Assembly: GCA_045659905.1 (NCBI GenBank)
Contig: JAZRCT010000039.1
Location: forward strand, 8,331 to 72,330
DNA length: 64,000 nt
Source: Eubacteriales bacterium
GTDB lineage: Bacteria > Bacillota > Clostridia > Oscillospirales > CAG-272
Direction: 5' to 3'
Shown piece after piece: positions 28,626 to 39,551 of the stretch. The notes below the pieces were generated by a model that was given only the letters and a program-made list of their open reading frames with translations, was not told the DNA's origin and did not search any database. Each line of letters opens with the position of its first letter. The first letter of the stretch is position 1. Made by a program: the position numbers and the translations under genes.

Positions 28626-29189
28626 TCAGTTATTAGCGGTGGAATAGGCACGGTCGAGCTCACAGCCCTCCCATATTACTATTTCGCCCTGCTCACGGGT
28701 TTTGTTCATATCTATTATACGCTGGTTTGACGAGCCTCGAAAACGAAGTCCGAGGCTCTTTTTTTCTTCCTCGTATCTTCCGTCGATAAGGATATCGATT
28801 AGAGATAACAGCTCTTCGGTTTCGGGAATACACTTATAATGATTCCCTACGCCAGAGGTCAGCTCCTCGTAAAGATTTCCCGTAAAAAGCCATAGCGTCT
28901 TATTTGGAAAGCGTCTTTTGAATTCACGCAAAAACGGCAAAAGCTCGACCTGATTTTCAGGCTCCATCGGCTCGCCGCCAAGCACGGTAAGTCCGGATAA
29001 AAAGTGATTTTCAAAGGAACAATAGATTTTTTCCTTTACCTCCTCGGTAAACGGCTCGCCGTAATCAAACGCCCAGGTTTCGGGCTGAAAGCAATTCTTG
29101 CATTTATTTCTGCAGCCGCTGACGAAAAGCGTGGTTCTCACGCCCTCGCCGTTGGCTATATCGTTAAATTTAATGGCTCCGTAATGCAT
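28626..29189 (-). CDS. nrdG: Anaerobic ribonucleotide reductase activating protein (radical SAM)
   Basis: NGEGVRTTLFVSGCRNKCKNCF, LGGEP, DGRYEE...FRGSSNQR. Confidence 0.93.
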   Translation of the reverse strand: MHYGAIKFNDIANGEGVRTTLFVSGCRNKCKNCFQPETWAFDYGEPFTEEVKEKIYCSFENHFLSGLTVLGGEPMEPENQVELLPFLREFKRRFPNKTLWLFTGNLYEELTSGVGNHYKCIPETEELLSLIDILIDGRYEEEKKSLGLRFRGSSNQRIIDMNKTREQGEIVIWEGCELDRAYSTANN

Positions 29190-29191
29190 AT

Positions 29192-32020
29192 TTACCTCTT
29201 AAGCTTCTCACGCAAAAATGCGCCGGTATAGGATTTTTCGCAAGTTGCGACCTCCTCGGGAGTACCCTTGGCAACTACCTCGCCTCCCCCGTCGCCGCCC
29301 TCGGGACCCAGGTCGATAATATAATCGGCAGTCTTAATAAAATCAAGATTGTGCTCTATCGTAATTACGGTATTACCGCCATCGACAAGGCGCTGAAGAA
29401 TAGCTATAAGCTTTGATACGTCCTCGGTGTGAAGTCCCGTCGTAGGCTCGTCAAGTATATAAACCGTCTTTCCCGTAGAGCGCTTTGAAAGCTCGGTAGC
29501 AAGCTTGACTCTCTGAGCCTCACCACCCGAAAGAGTGGTCGAGGACTGACCGATTTTTATATACCCAAGTCCTACGTCGTAAAGAGTTCTCAGCTTCTTT
29601 TCAAGCTGCGGAAGCTCGGAGAAGAAATGAAGTCCCTCCTCTACCGACATTTCGAGGACGTCGTATATATTTTTATCCTTGTATTTGACGTCAAGGGTAT
29701 CTCTGTTGTAGCGCTTGCCGTCACACACGTCGCATTTTACGTAGACGTCGGGCAGGAAATTCATTTCGATACATTTCACTCCGTCGCCCTCGCACGCCTC
29801 GCATCTGCCGCCTCTCACGTTAAACGAAAATCTGCCTGCATCGTAGCCCTTGGCTCTTGCGTCCTTGGTCTTGGAAAAAAGATTTCTTATATCGGTGAAA
29901 AGTCCCGTATAGGTAGCGGGATTTGAGCGTGGGGTTCTTCCTATCGGGCTTTGGTCGATAGCTATTACCTTATCAAGCGCTTCAAGACCGCTGATTCTCT
30001 TTACCTTACCCGGAAAAGTGACAGCCCTGTTAAGGTCACGGGCAAGGGTATTATAGAGTACCGAATTTATCAAGGAGGATTTGCCGCTGCCCGAAACGCC
30101 CGTAACGCATACGAAGCAGCCGAGCGGGATTTCAACGTCAACGCTTTTGAGGTTGTTTTCCTCCGCACCCTCGATTTTAAGGAAGCTTCCGTTACCCGGA
30201 CGCCTTTTCTCGGGGACGGCGATTTTCTTTCTGCCGGAAAGATAGTCACCCGTAACCGAGCCTTCGCACGCCGCAACCTCCTTTGGCGTTCCTACGGCGA
30301 CAACCTCGCCGCCGTGTATTCCTGCGCCTGGGCCTATATCTACTATAAAATCCGCCTCGCGCATAGTATCCTCGTCGTGCTCGACTACTAATACGCTGTT
30401 GCCGAGGTCTCTTAAGCTTTTAAGAGTATCTATGAGCTTACCGTTGTCTCGCTGGTGAAGTCCTATGCTTGGCTCGTCGAGTATATAAAGAACTCCCGTA
30501 AGCGCCGAGCCGATTTGCGTTGCAAGCCTTATTCTCTGAGCCTCGCCGCCCGAAAGCGTACCTGCCTGACGGGCTAGATTAAGGTAGCTGAGACCTACAC
30601 GCACGAGGAAATTAAGCCTCGCCTTTATTTCCTTTATAACCTCCTTGGCTATTTTAGCCTCGGTGTCGGTAAAGGAAAGATTTGAAACGAACTCAAGCGC
30701 ACGCTCTATCGAAAGCTTACAGAATTCGTCGATATTGAGACCTCCGACGGTAACAGAAAGGACGAAATCCGAAAGTCTTCTGCCCTTGCATCTGGGGCAG
30801 GCTACCTCCTCTACGAATTCCTGATAGTAATCTCCGCCAGCCATTCGCATACGCTTCTCAATTATATTGACTATTCCGTCAAAGGCGGCAAGCTGACGCT
30901 TACCCTCCTTACCGAAATATCGCATAACGTCGTATTTTTTGCGGGTTTTGTCGCCATACATCAGCACGTTTAGCGCTTCCTCCGAAAACTCCGAAATCGG
31001 AGTATCAAGCGTAAAGCCGTAATCCTTACCCACGGCGGCAACGAGAGGTCCTGTCCACGAATCCTCCGTCATAGTCTTAAAGCCGTTGGCGTTGATTGCG
31101 CCCTCTCGCAGTGAAAGATGCTTGTGCGGTATAAGCTTTCTTACCGATATTCTCTGCATATTACCAATGCCGAGACACTCGGGACACGCTCCTATCGGAT
31201 TGTTGAAGGAGAACATTCTCGGCTCTAATTCGGGAAAGCTTATGCCGTGCTCCTCGCAGGCGTATTTCTGCGAGAACTCAAGCTCCTCGCCCTCGCCCTC
31301 TCTCGGTACGGTAACTACCGTAACTCTGCCGTCGGACGCTTTTATAGCGCTTTCGACAGAATCCGAAAGTCTTGAGCGTATATCGCTTCTGACAACCAAG
31401 CGGTCGAGAACAATATCTATATCGTGCTTTTTATTTTTATCAAGCTTTATTTCCTCGGTGAGGTCGTAAAGATTTCCATCTACTCTAACTCTTGCATAGC
31501 CCGATTTTCTCGCATCGGCAAACACCTTTTCGTGCATACCCTTTTGCGCCTTGACTACGGGAGATAATACCATAATTCTCTCGCCCTCGGGAAGCGCTAG
31601 GATCTTATCGACTATCTGGTCCTGCGTCTGCTGAGTAATTTCCTTGCCGCACACCGGACAATGCGGCTTTCCTACTCTTGCATAAAGAAGTCTCAGGTAA
31701 TCATAAATCTCGGTGACCGTACCTACCGTTGACCTTGGGTTCTTGGAGGTTGTCTTCTGGTCTATTGATATTGACGGGGAAAGTCCCTCAATCAAATCAA
31801 CCTCGGGCTTATCCATTTGTCCTAGGAACATTCTTGCGTATGACGAAAGGCTTTCGACGAAGCGTCTGTGTCCCTCGGCATAGAGCGTATCAAACGCAAG
31901 CGAGGATTTTCCGCTGCCCGAAAGTCCTGTAAGAACTACGAGCTTATCTCTTGGAATTATCAGGTCAATATTCTTTAAATTATTAACTTTAGCGCCTTTT
32001 ATGACGATATTTCTTGACAT
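29192..32020 (-). CDS. uvrA: Excinuclease ABC subunit A
   Basis: Two ABC ATPase modules ([18 protein letters not shown]), Zn fingers, LSGGEAQR x2. Confidence 0.98.
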   Translation of the reverse strand: MSRNIVIKGAKVNNLKNIDLIIPRDKLVVLTGLSGSGKSSLAFDTLYAEGHRRFVESLSSYARMFLGQMDKPEVDLIEGLSPSISIDQKTTSKNPRSTVGTVTEIYDYLRLLYARVGKPHCPVCGKEITQQTQDQIVDKILALPEGERIMVLSPVVKAQKGMHEKVFADARKSGYARVRVDGNLYDLTEEIKLDKNKKHDIDIVLDRLVVRSDIRSRLSDSVESAIKASDGRVTVVTVPREGEGEELEFSQKYACEEHGISFPELEPRMFSFNNPIGACPECLGIGNMQRISVRKLIPHKHLSLREGAINANGFKTMTEDSWTGPLVAAVGKDYGFTLDTPISEFSEEALNVLMYGDKTRKKYDVMRYFGKEGKRQLAAFDGIVNIIEKRMRMAGGDYYQEFVEEVACPRCKGRRLSDFVLSVTVGGLNIDEFCKLSIERALEFVSNLSFTDTEAKIAKEVIKEIKARLNFLVRVGLSYLNLARQAGTLSGGEAQRIRLATQIGSALTGVLYILDEPSIGLHQRDNGKLIDTLKSLRDLGNSVLVVEHDEDTMREADFIVDIGPGAGIHGGEVVAVGTPKEVAACEGSVTGDYLSGRKKIAVPEKRRPGNGSFLKIEGAEENNLKSVDVEIPLGCFVCVTGVSGSGKSSLINSVLYNTLARDLNRAVTFPGKVKRISGLEALDKVIAIDQSPIGRTPRSNPATYTGLFTDIRNLFSKTKDARAKGYDAGRFSFNVRGGRCEACEGDGVKCIEMNFLPDVYVKCDVCDGKRYNRDTLDVKYKDKNIYDVLEMSVEEGLHFFSELPQLEKKLRTLYDVGLGYIKIGQSSTTLSGGEAQRVKLATELSKRSTGKTVYILDEPTTGLHTEDVSKLIAILQRLVDGGNTVITIEHNLDFIKTADYIIDLGPEGGDGGGEVVAKGTPEEVATCEKSYTGAFLREKLKR

Positions 32021-32039
32021 TTTCCGTTGTTTTCCGTTT

Positions 32040-34004
32040 CTATTTCAAAATTCTTAATTCTTTGATTCTGTCTCTCAGGAATATAGCCTTTTCAAATTCA
32101 AGCGTCCTTGACGCCTCCTTCATTTCAGCCGTAAGCTGCTCTATCAGGCGCTCTAGCTCTGCCTTGGACATTTTCTTCTTTCCGTCCTTTTCCTTAGCGC
32201 TTATTCCTATTTCTATGATATCCATTACTCGCTTTTTGACAGTTTGCGGAGTGATACCGTGCTCCTCGTTGTAGCGCATTTGTATTTCTCTACGGCGGTT
32301 GGTCTCGTCTATTGCGCCACGCATAGAGCGGGTTACTGTATCTGCATACATTATTACGTGACCGTTGATATTTCTCGCCGCACGGCCTACCGTCTGTATA
32401 AGCGAGGTTTCACTTCTCAAAAAGCCTTCTTTGTCGGCGTCGAGGATTGCAACGAGCGACACCTCGGGAATATCAAGTCCTTCTCTCAGCAGGTTGATTC
32501 CGACAAGCACGTCGAATTCGCCAAGACGCAAATCCCTTATTATCTGCATTCGCTCTATGGTCTCAATCTCGTGATGGATATATTTAACCTTGATTGAATG
32601 AACCGAGAGATATTCGGTAAGATGCTCTGCCATTTTGGTCGTAAGCGTAGTAACGAGCACCTTTTCGCCTCGCTCGACGGTCTTTCTGATTTCACCTATA
32701 AGGTCATCAATCTGTCCTTCTATCGGTCGCACCTCAACCATAGGGTCGATAAGTCCCGTCGGTCTTATAAGCTGCTCAACCATCGAAGAGCTTTCCTGCT
32801 TCTCGTATTCGCCAGGCGTTGCGCTTACGTAGATTATCTGATTAAGCTTTGATTCAAATTCTTCAAAATAAAGCGGTCTGTTGTCAAACGCAGACGGCAG
32901 ACGGTATCCAAAATCCACAAGATTCTTCTTCCTTGCAAAATCTCCGCCGCTCATACCCCTTACCTGAGGCAGGGTAACGTGCGATTCGTCTATAAACATT
33001 ATGAAATCCTTAGGAAGATAATCGAGGAGCGTATACGGCGTAGAGCCTGCAGGTCTTCCTGCCAGAACTCTTGAATAATTCTCTACTCCCGAGCAAAAGC
33101 CGACCTCCCTCAGCATTTCTATATCGTATCTCGTTCGCTCCTCTATGCGCTGAGCCTCGATAAGCTTTCCCTGCGAGCGGAAAAACTCCGCGCGCTCCTG
33201 CATTTCGGCTTCTATTTCGGCTAACGCCTGCTCACGGCGCTCGTCGGATACGGCGTAGTGTGTGGCGGGAAAGATTGGGGCGTAGGACAGATGCTCCATT
33301 ATATCGCCCGTAACGATATTTATCTTTGAAACTCTGTCAATTTCGTCGCCGAAAAATTCAACTCTGATAGCGTAGTCCTTAGCTGATGCGGGGAAAATTT
33401 CCACGACGTCGCCACGGACTCTGAATTTATTTCTCGCAAATGCAATGTCGTTGCGCTCGTAATTTATCGACACGAGCCCTGCCAAAAGCTCGTCGCGCGA
33501 CATCTGCATACCCGGTCTTACCGAAACGAGAAGGTTGCTGTATTCAGCAGGATCACCGAGCGAATATATGCAGGAAACCGACGCAACTATTATAACGTCA
33601 CGCCTCTCAAAAAGCGCAGAGGTGGCGCTATGACGAAGCATATCTATTTCGTCGTTGACCATAGCGTCCTTTTCTATATAGACGTCCTTGCCCGGAATAT
33701 AAGCCTCAGGCTGATAGTAATCGTAATAAGAAACGAAATATTCAACCGCATTTTCGGGAAAAAAGGAGCGGAACTCGGTACAAAGCTGAGCCGCAAGCGT
33801 CTTATTGTGCGCCAAAACCAAAGCAGGTCTTTTCGCTCTTGCTATTACGTTTGCCATAGTAAAGGTCTTGCCCGAGCCTGTAACACCAACGAGTGTCTGC
33901 GCACGCTCACCCGCTAAAATACCGTTTACAAGCCTGTCTATTGCCTGCGGCTGGTCGCCGGTTGGCACGTAATCGCTTTTAAGCTTGAAATCCGCATCCT
34001 GCAT
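32040..34004 (-). CDS. uvrB: Excinuclease ABC subunit B
   Basis: [38 protein letters not shown]; start taken at ATG 34004. Confidence 0.98.
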   Translation of the reverse strand: MQDADFKLKSDYVPTGDQPQAIDRLVNGILAGERAQTLVGVTGSGKTFTMANVIARAKRPALVLAHNKTLAAQLCTEFRSFFPENAVEYFVSYYDYYQPEAYIPGKDVYIEKDAMVNDEIDMLRHSATSALFERRDVIIVASVSCIYSLGDPAEYSNLLVSVRPGMQMSRDELLAGLVSINYERNDIAFARNKFRVRGDVVEIFPASAKDYAIRVEFFGDEIDRVSKINIVTGDIMEHLSYAPIFPATHYAVSDERREQALAEIEAEMQERAEFFRSQGKLIEAQRIEERTRYDIEMLREVGFCSGVENYSRVLAGRPAGSTPYTLLDYLPKDFIMFIDESHVTLPQVRGMSGGDFARKKNLVDFGYRLPSAFDNRPLYFEEFESKLNQIIYVSATPGEYEKQESSSMVEQLIRPTGLIDPMVEVRPIEGQIDDLIGEIRKTVERGEKVLVTTLTTKMAEHLTEYLSVHSIKVKYIHHEIETIERMQIIRDLRLGEFDVLVGINLLREGLDIPEVSLVAILDADKEGFLRSETSLIQTVGRAARNINGHVIMYADTVTRSMRGAIDETNRRREIQMRYNEEHGITPQTVKKRVMDIIEIGISAKEKDGKKKMSKAELERLIEQLTAEMKEASRTLEFEKAIFLRDRIKELRILK

Positions 34005-34208
34005 AGCTTTGCTCCTTTCCTCTTTATGCATAGTATATCACCATATATTATACAATATTATTTAACGCTTGTAAAGAAGGAAAAAGTAAAAATCGACACT
34101 CTTTTTTGATTTTTAAAAGTCCACGAAAAAAGGATACCGGACAGCTTGCCGCCGTAAGACAACAAGTCGTTTGATATCCTTTTCGCTTTTTATTCAAGCT
34201 GCGTATTA

Positions 34209-34949
34209 TCAGCGCCTGCCACGGCTTCCGCCGCCACCCGACCTGCCGGAGGGTGACGAATTAGAGCGGATTTTAACTCTCGTAACGAATTTTCCAAGAA
34301 AGGTATCGTGAGATACGTTGAGGCGCAGATTAGTGTATCTTTCGAGAGGATAGGACGCCGATTTAAGCTTTCGTTTATAGCCTGCTATTATTATTGCGGC
34401 AAAAATCAGAGCCACAACCAAGCCGACTATAAGAGCAGGAACGAAGGCTTCAATAAAGCTTTTCCTGAGAGCACCCGTAAGCGCAACGGCGCTTAAGGAA
34501 AGCGCTCTTTTGACACCCGTCACAACGTTTCCTCCCTTTATATTCGTATATACGGTATCGTCGTCAAGGATGCGCCCGCTCTCAGCTTCGCTGATTTCCT
34601 CGTTCGCACTGCCGTAGGTGATAAGCTCGTAGTAAAGAACACCGTCCTCACGCTCGACGAATATAATAGTAACGCTGTCGGTATAGGAAAGGTCAAGCTC
34701 ACTTAGGATTCGACGATCATAAAATCCGTCGGTGTCATCGGATATAAACACTCTGTGCAGATGCCCCGAGGATTTCTCCGCTTCCCGTGCCGCAAGCTCA
34801 AGCTCCTCTATGTCAGAAGCGGAAAGTATGCCTGCCAAATCAACTACACGCACGCTTGACTCTCCGAGCGCAAATGAAGCTATTGCAAGAGCAGCTGAAA
34901 GCAGAGCAATCAGGCATAAAACAGATGAAATTCTAACAATTGTTTTCAT
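34209..34949 (-). CDS. TPM-domain membrane protein (YdjH-like)
   Basis: Signal peptide, VVDLAGILS TPM start, TM helix, Gly/Ser/Arg-rich tail. Confidence 0.75.
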   Translation of the reverse strand: MKTIVRISSVLCLIALLSAALAIASFALGESSVRVVDLAGILSASDIEELELAAREAEKSSGHLHRVFISDDTDGFYDRRILSELDLSYTDSVTIIFVEREDGVLYYELITYGSANEEISEAESGRILDDDTVYTNIKGGNVVTGVKRALSLSAVALTGALRKSFIEAFVPALIVGLVVALIFAAIIIAGYKRKLKSASYPLERYTNLRLNVSHDTFLGKFVTRVKIRSNSSPSGRSGGGGSRGRR

Positions 34950-34960
34950 TTTCGCCCTCC

Positions 34961-36010
34961 TTAAAAGAAAAACCAGGATAGGAGAGTGATAATCGCTGTA
35001 ACGGCAAGCATAATAGCTCCCGAGGTCAAAAGAAGCTTCAGGGGGCTTACGGGAAGCTCACCGTAGAGCTTTCCTGTGTTGCCGTTCATAGCGTAGGTGT
35101 AGTTCTTCTTACCACGCTTGTAATTGAGAACCCATATAGGCATCAGGGTATATTCCCAATGACTCTTATGAACTCTCATATTAAGACTTTCACCGCTTAC
35201 CGAATTGTATCCTCTTACGGTATCAAGCAGCATAGTGCGAGCGTAAGAATCCATACGTGCTCTCGCTTCGGAAGAAAGAGCTTCACGCTCTATATTACGC
35301 TTCTTTGCCGCAAAGCCCTGGAGGTAAGGAATAGAAAAGTCGATATGCGAATCCGACGGATAAGGAAGTATGCCTTCAAGCATCTTTTTATCCTCCTCGG
35401 AAATAGCCGACATAACTATATCCTCAAAATGAATATCGCCCGAGCGAAGAATGGCAAACCGTGAGGTCTCGGTATAGGCGTAGCTGCCCATTCTCCAGGT
35501 GCGGATCCGCTTTGCGCTGGCATCAAGGTCTGCCTCGGCATCTGCATCTACCACCCAGAAGGGATAGTATATACCGGTGATTTTGTCGGCGTTTATATCC
35601 GAAAAATAATCGCTCGGCGCAAATTTCTTCTTTCTTGCATACCTTAAGAAAATATCCTTAGCCTCTGCCTTATCGAACTTAAAAGGAATTATTTTATTGG
35701 GACGAAGGCCGCCCGAAACCTTATCGGAAAGCACCACTGGATTGTGGCAATAATAGCACTCGGAGGCTACCGTGCTTTCGTCGGTAATGATTTCAGCTCC
35801 GCACGACGAGCAAAAATATTCTTTAACTCCTGAATCAAATTCACGGTCTGCCTTAACACGCTCCTCTTCCCTTTTCCTATTGTCGTCGGAAAGCAGCTCC
35901 TCCTCGGTAAAATCGCTAAGACAGAATTCACATACGAATTTTTGCTTACCTGCGTCAAAGGTAAGCCCAGCCTCGCAGTTGGGGCACTTATATGTAACGA
36001 CGCTTTCCAT
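34961..36010 (-). CDS. Multi-zinc-ribbon protein with C-terminal TM (YdjG-like)
   Basis: CPNC, CEFC, CSSC, CYYC; YYPFW, PIW, MNGNTGKLYGELP. Confidence 0.8.
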   Translation of the reverse strand: MESVVTYKCPNCEAGLTFDAGKQKFVCEFCLSDFTEEELLSDDNRKREEERVKADREFDSGVKEYFCSSCGAEIITDESTVASECYYCHNPVVLSDKVSGGLRPNKIIPFKFDKAEAKDIFLRYARKKKFAPSDYFSDINADKITGIYYPFWVVDADAEADLDASAKRIRTWRMGSYAYTETSRFAILRSGDIHFEDIVMSAISEEDKKMLEGILPYPSDSHIDFSIPYLQGFAAKKRNIEREALSSEARARMDSYARTMLLDTVRGYNSVSGESLNMRVHKSHWEYTLMPIWVLNYKRGKKNYTYAMNGNTGKLYGELPVSPLKLLLTSGAIMLAVTAIITLLSWFFF

Positions 36011-36012
36011 TA

Positions 36013-37287
36013 TCAGCCCTTCTTATTTCCGCAATTCGAGCAGAATTTTGCTGCAGCGGAATTCTTCTCGCCGCACTCGGTGCAGAACCAATCACCCTCG
36101 GGACGGCGGCTTCCGCACTCCGAGCAGAATTTGCCCGTACATACTGCACCGCAGCTGCATTTCCAGCTGTCAGCACTCTTTTCCTCAGGGCGTCTGCCGC
36201 CGCATTCCGAGCAGAACTTACCCTCGGCAGTAGCTCCGCAGGAGCATTTCCAGGAATTGGCAAAAGCCTTTTCCTCCGCTGCCCTTTCCATCTGCCGTCT
36301 ATTAGTCTCGGACGCAGTGCTCATAAAGCCGCCTGCGCCGTTCATTCCTATGCCCATACCCATAAATGCAGTCGCAGCACCGCCTGAATTTGAGCCTGCG
36401 TTTTCAAGTCCTCTTGCGATTGCGCCCTGAACGTAACCCTCTCTTACCGATGGGTCGCCAAGCATAGCGCCCTGATTGCGCATATTGATAAGCTTCTTGG
36501 ATTCCTCGTCGTAGGAAACGCTGGCTATACCGACAGAAAGCACCTCAAAGCCGCGAAGCTCCTTCCAATCTGAGTCAAGCTCCTCAGCCATATAGCGTGA
36601 AAGCTCTCTTGACTTGCTTGCTACGTGCGATATACGGATTCCGTCCTGCGACATTTTGTTGATAGACGCAGTAAGACCTTCAAGGAATTCCGATAAATAC
36701 TGCTCGTTGATTTCATTTATATCAACCCTCTCTGCATTCTTGGGAATTACCTCGGTGTAAAACTTAACAGGGTCGGTAATCTTAATAGAATAAGTACCGT
36801 GCGCTCTTAAGAAAAGCTCACTGTTGTAAAAATTATCGAAGTAGTTGACGGGCGTACGAGTGCCGAACTTAATGCCCTTTATCTCCTGAAGATTAATAAA
36901 GTACGCTTTCTGCGAATAGGAAGGAACGCCGCCGAACTTAATGCGCTTGAAGGCGTCGAGTATAGACTTGCCGAACTGTCCCGCAAAAAGCGAGGGAGCG
37001 GCGGAATTGTCTACCTTATAATAGCCCTCCTCGGCGGTGAAGTCTATAATCTTACCGCCCTCGACGAGCATCATAAACTGTCCCGGGTAGACGTGAATTA
37101 CCGAGCCGTTTGAAATTACGTCGTCAGTACCCTTCTTATTATTATTATTTCTCTTATCGTTCTTTCTTACCTTGACACCCTTAGAAAAAACCGTGGTGTC
37201 GCTCATATTGTCGGCCTCGAGTACCTCGAGCCAAGAATCCGCAAGATTTCCTCCTATTGCCTGAAAAGTAGCCTTGATTATACCCAT
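36013..37287 (-). CDS. SPFH/band-7 domain protein with three C-terminal zinc ribbons (YdjI-like)
   Basis: ISNGSVIHV, FGTRTP, WKCSCG x2, FCSECG x2, FCSNCG. Confidence 0.85.
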   Translation of the reverse strand: MGIIKATFQAIGGNLADSWLEVLEADNMSDTTVFSKGVKVRKNDKRNNNNKKGTDDVISNGSVIHVYPGQFMMLVEGGKIIDFTAEEGYYKVDNSAAPSLFAGQFGKSILDAFKRIKFGGVPSYSQKAYFINLQEIKGIKFGTRTPVNYFDNFYNSELFLRAHGTYSIKITDPVKFYTEVIPKNAERVDINEINEQYLSEFLEGLTASINKMSQDGIRISHVASKSRELSRYMAEELDSDWKELRGFEVLSVGIASVSYDEESKKLINMRNQGAMLGDPSVREGYVQGAIARGLENAGSNSGGAATAFMGMGIGMNGAGGFMSTASETNRRQMERAAEEKAFANSWKCSCGATAEGKFCSECGGRRPEEKSADSWKCSCGAVCTGKFCSECGSRRPEGDWFCTECGEKNSAAAKFCSNCGNKKG

Positions 37288-37316
37288 TTTTATTCTCCTT
37301 CGTTAAATGTTATATA

Positions 37317-37817
37317 TCAGAAAATTAATTTATATATTAAGTAGCCGATAGCGGCAACGATAACTACGCCGATAGTCCAGGTTGTGGCGGTGTCAAATAT
37401 TTTAGCGTACCTTTCCTTTTTAAGGCGCTTCTCTCTTTCTTCCTCGCTCTCCTCGGCTTCCTCCTCGATTAGGAGGTCGGCTTCTTCAAGCTCCGAATCA
37501 TCCGGGGATTCCTCGTCCAAGGAAAAATCGTAGCTGCCGTCACGGATTGCTTCGGCTCTGGCGGTTGCTCTTTCTATAATTACGCCCGCCTCGTCTATAA
37601 CCAGCTCGTCTTCAACGCCCGAGGACTCCATTTTGCCTCCTATCTTAGAAACGGCGTCCTTGATTTCTGAATATTCCTTTGCCTTAAGAGCAGAAGTAAA
37701 ATCAGCGTCGCAAGAGTCGCACAGATATCTTGGATTTCCAAAGCTGCTTACGGTAAGCACGGCGGGATTTTCAGTTTCAATGCGTGCTTTACAAATACAG
37801 CAGATACGCTCGCTCAT
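37317..37817 (-). CDS. Hypothetical protein: C4 zinc finger, acidic linker, C-terminal TM
   Basis: CCIC...LCDSC, Glu/Asp-rich stretch, terminal hydrophobic helix; GGAGG RBS. Confidence 0.72.
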   Translation of the reverse strand: MSERICCICKARIETENPAVLTVSSFGNPRYLCDSCDADFTSALKAKEYSEIKDAVSKIGGKMESSGVEDELVIDEAGVIIERATARAEAIRDGSYDFSLDEESPDDSELEEADLLIEEEAEESEEEREKRLKKERYAKIFDTATTWTIGVVIVAAIGYLIYKLIF

Positions 37818-37975
37818 TTTTTGTCCTCCTTTATTTCTCCTCTTATCGCCGCTCTGAAATAAGCGATATACTCACGGCGAAGCTCTGCCTGCTCGGCAAG
37901 CTCTGCTTCGGTAAGATCACGCCTTTTCTTCTCGGCGGCAAGAAAATTTATTCTGTCAATCTTTTCCTTTTCCAT
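37814..37975 (-). CDS. DUF896 (YnzC-like) small protein, 53 aa (missing from the ORF track)
   Basis: MEKEKIDRINFLAAEKKRRDLTEAELAEQAELRREYIAYFR; stop overlaps the next ATG (ATGA). Confidence 0.85.
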   Translation of the reverse strand: MEKEKIDRINFLAAEKKRRDLTEAELAEQAELRREYIAYFRAAIRGEIKEDKK

Positions 37976-37978
37976 TTT

Positions 37979-38548
37979 TTATCTCCGTTTAAATTTAAGC
38001 CTTTCGGCAATTATGTATGCTAAAAAAATCTTTACTATATCGGGCAGGATAAACGGTACTACCGTAACCAACAGCGCCGACAAATAGGCTCCAAATCCCT
38101 GCGATAAGTAAACTAAAGTGTACCAAAGAGAACCACATAGGTAAAGAAGCACCAGCGATATAGCAGTATAGACTACCCTACGCTTTCCGCTAGCTCCAAA
38201 CGCAAATTCAAGAAGCGCATAGAAAAGCGAGTAGACAATAAAGCCAAACAGAAAGCCGCCGCTTGCAGATGCAAAATGCCCAATGCCTCCGACAAATCCT
38301 GAAAACACCGGCAGTCCTACTGCACCAAGCGCCAGATAAAGCGTCACCGCAAGTGAGGTAAAGATACCACCGTAGGTATAAAGCGAAAGCGTGAGCGCAA
38401 AAAGCTGAAGCGTAATAGGTGGGTAGATTGGAATTGAAATATAGGAGCATACGGCGATAAACGCCGCAAAAAGAGCCGCACGGACGGCATCTTTCAAATT
38501 TAGCTTATACTTACGCATAAAGTATGCCGCCTTTGCCTTTTTAATCAT
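37979..38548 (-). CDS. bioY: Biotin ECF transporter S component
   Basis: PPITLQ, YLALGAVGLPVFSG, GGFLFGF, PFILPDIVK; true start may be 38518. Confidence 0.88.
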   Translation of the reverse strand: MIKKAKAAYFMRKYKLNLKDAVRAALFAAFIAVCSYISIPIYPPITLQLFALTLSLYTYGGIFTSLAVTLYLALGAVGLPVFSGFVGGIGHFASASGGFLFGFIVYSLFYALLEFAFGASGKRRVVYTAISLVLLYLCGSLWYTLVYLSQGFGAYLSALLVTVVPFILPDIVKIFLAYIIAERLKFKRR

Positions 38549-38552
38549 TACA

Positions 38553-38581
38553 ATTATAGTTTACTTCAGGCATATTGTCAA
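38553..38581 (-). promoter_or_regulatory. sigma-A promoter of the bioY operon
   Basis: Minus strand perfect TTGACA-N17-TATAAT. Confidence 0.75.
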
Positions 38582-38650
38582 GAAAAAAGCCCTATTTTTT
38601 CCCAGGCTGCCGTGCTTATGCTCAAAATTAGCAAAAATTTGTGTTTTCGG

Positions 38651-38679
38651 TTGACTTTGTCTCATTTGTGGTATATAAT
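38651..38679 (+). promoter_or_regulatory. sigma-A promoter of cmk-argS-yebC
   Basis: TTGACT-N17-TATAAT. Confidence 0.72.
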
Positions 38680-38713
38680 ATTTAAGTTAATTAACCGATT
38701 TAAGGAGAATGCT

Positions 38714-39532
38714 ATGTTCGAGAAGATATCGCTGGCAGGTGACCTCGGCAGCGGAAAAAGCACCGTTTCCGACCTCTTAATAAAGCTTCTTGACGCTGAA
38801 TACTATTCAACGGGTGCGATAGTCAGGTCTATCGCAGAAAAGCACGGAATGAGCGTCGTAGAGCTTAACAGATATATGGAATCTCACCCCGAAATAGACC
38901 ACGAAATCGACGACGGACTTAAGGCGCTTTCAAACGAAAGCCGCCGGCTTATTATAGATTCAAGAATGGCGTGGCATTTCACGGAGGGCACTTTTAAGGT
39001 GTATCTTTCTACCGATATTGAAACGAGCGCAATAAGAATTATGAACGCAAAGCGGCGTGGGGAGCATTCGGCTACGCTTGAAGAAACGATAGCCGACACG
39101 AAGGCGAGGCGTGAAAGCGAGAAAAAGAGATACCGTGAGCAATACGGCGTTGACATAAAGGACCTCAGCAACTACTCGTTGATTGTCGACACTACATACG
39201 CTACTCCTACGGAAATCGCTGACTGCATCAAGACGGCATTCGAGCGTTGGCTTGCGGACAAGTCCTACTCCTGCGTATATCTTTCACCGTTCAGGCTTAA
39301 TTTCCCCGACGGAGAGCCGAATCAGGAGCTTATGCTAAGATATTCGGATATGCTTGATACGGGAATGGAAATTCCTATGCCTGAGGTGTTTGAAAAGGAC
39401 GGAGAGTTTTACTTAAAGAGCGGTCACGAGGCGGCTCTTGCCTATACACTTTCCGACGCAAGCTTTATTCCCGCAAGGCTTGTCCTCGGTGAGATAACCC
39501 GAGAATTCGTAAAAATGAGAAATTCATTCTGA
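38714..39532 (+). CDS. cmk: Type II (archaeal-like) cytidylate kinase with an extra C-terminal domain
   Basis: GDLGSGKST, IIDSRMAWHF, RESEKKRYREQYGVD; start taken at 38714 behind AAGGAG. Confidence 0.78.
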   Translation: MFEKISLAGDLGSGKSTVSDLLIKLLDAEYYSTGAIVRSIAEKHGMSVVELNRYMESHPEIDHEIDDGLKALSNESRRLIIDSRMAWHFTEGTFKVYLSTDIETSAIRIMNAKRRGEHSATLEETIADTKARRESEKKRYREQYGVDIKDLSNYSLIVDTTYATPTEIADCIKTAFERWLADKSYSCVYLSPFRLNFPDGEPNQELMLRYSDMLDTGMEIPMPEVFEKDGEFYLKSGHEAALAYTLSDASFIPARLVLGEITREFVKMRNSF

Positions 39533-39551
39533 GAAGAAAAAGGAAATAGAA

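Noticed and set aside
36040-36270. DNA-level repeats at the end of the SPFH gene
   Set aside because: They encode the repeated zinc ribbons; no reverse transcriptase or template repeat to suggest a DGR
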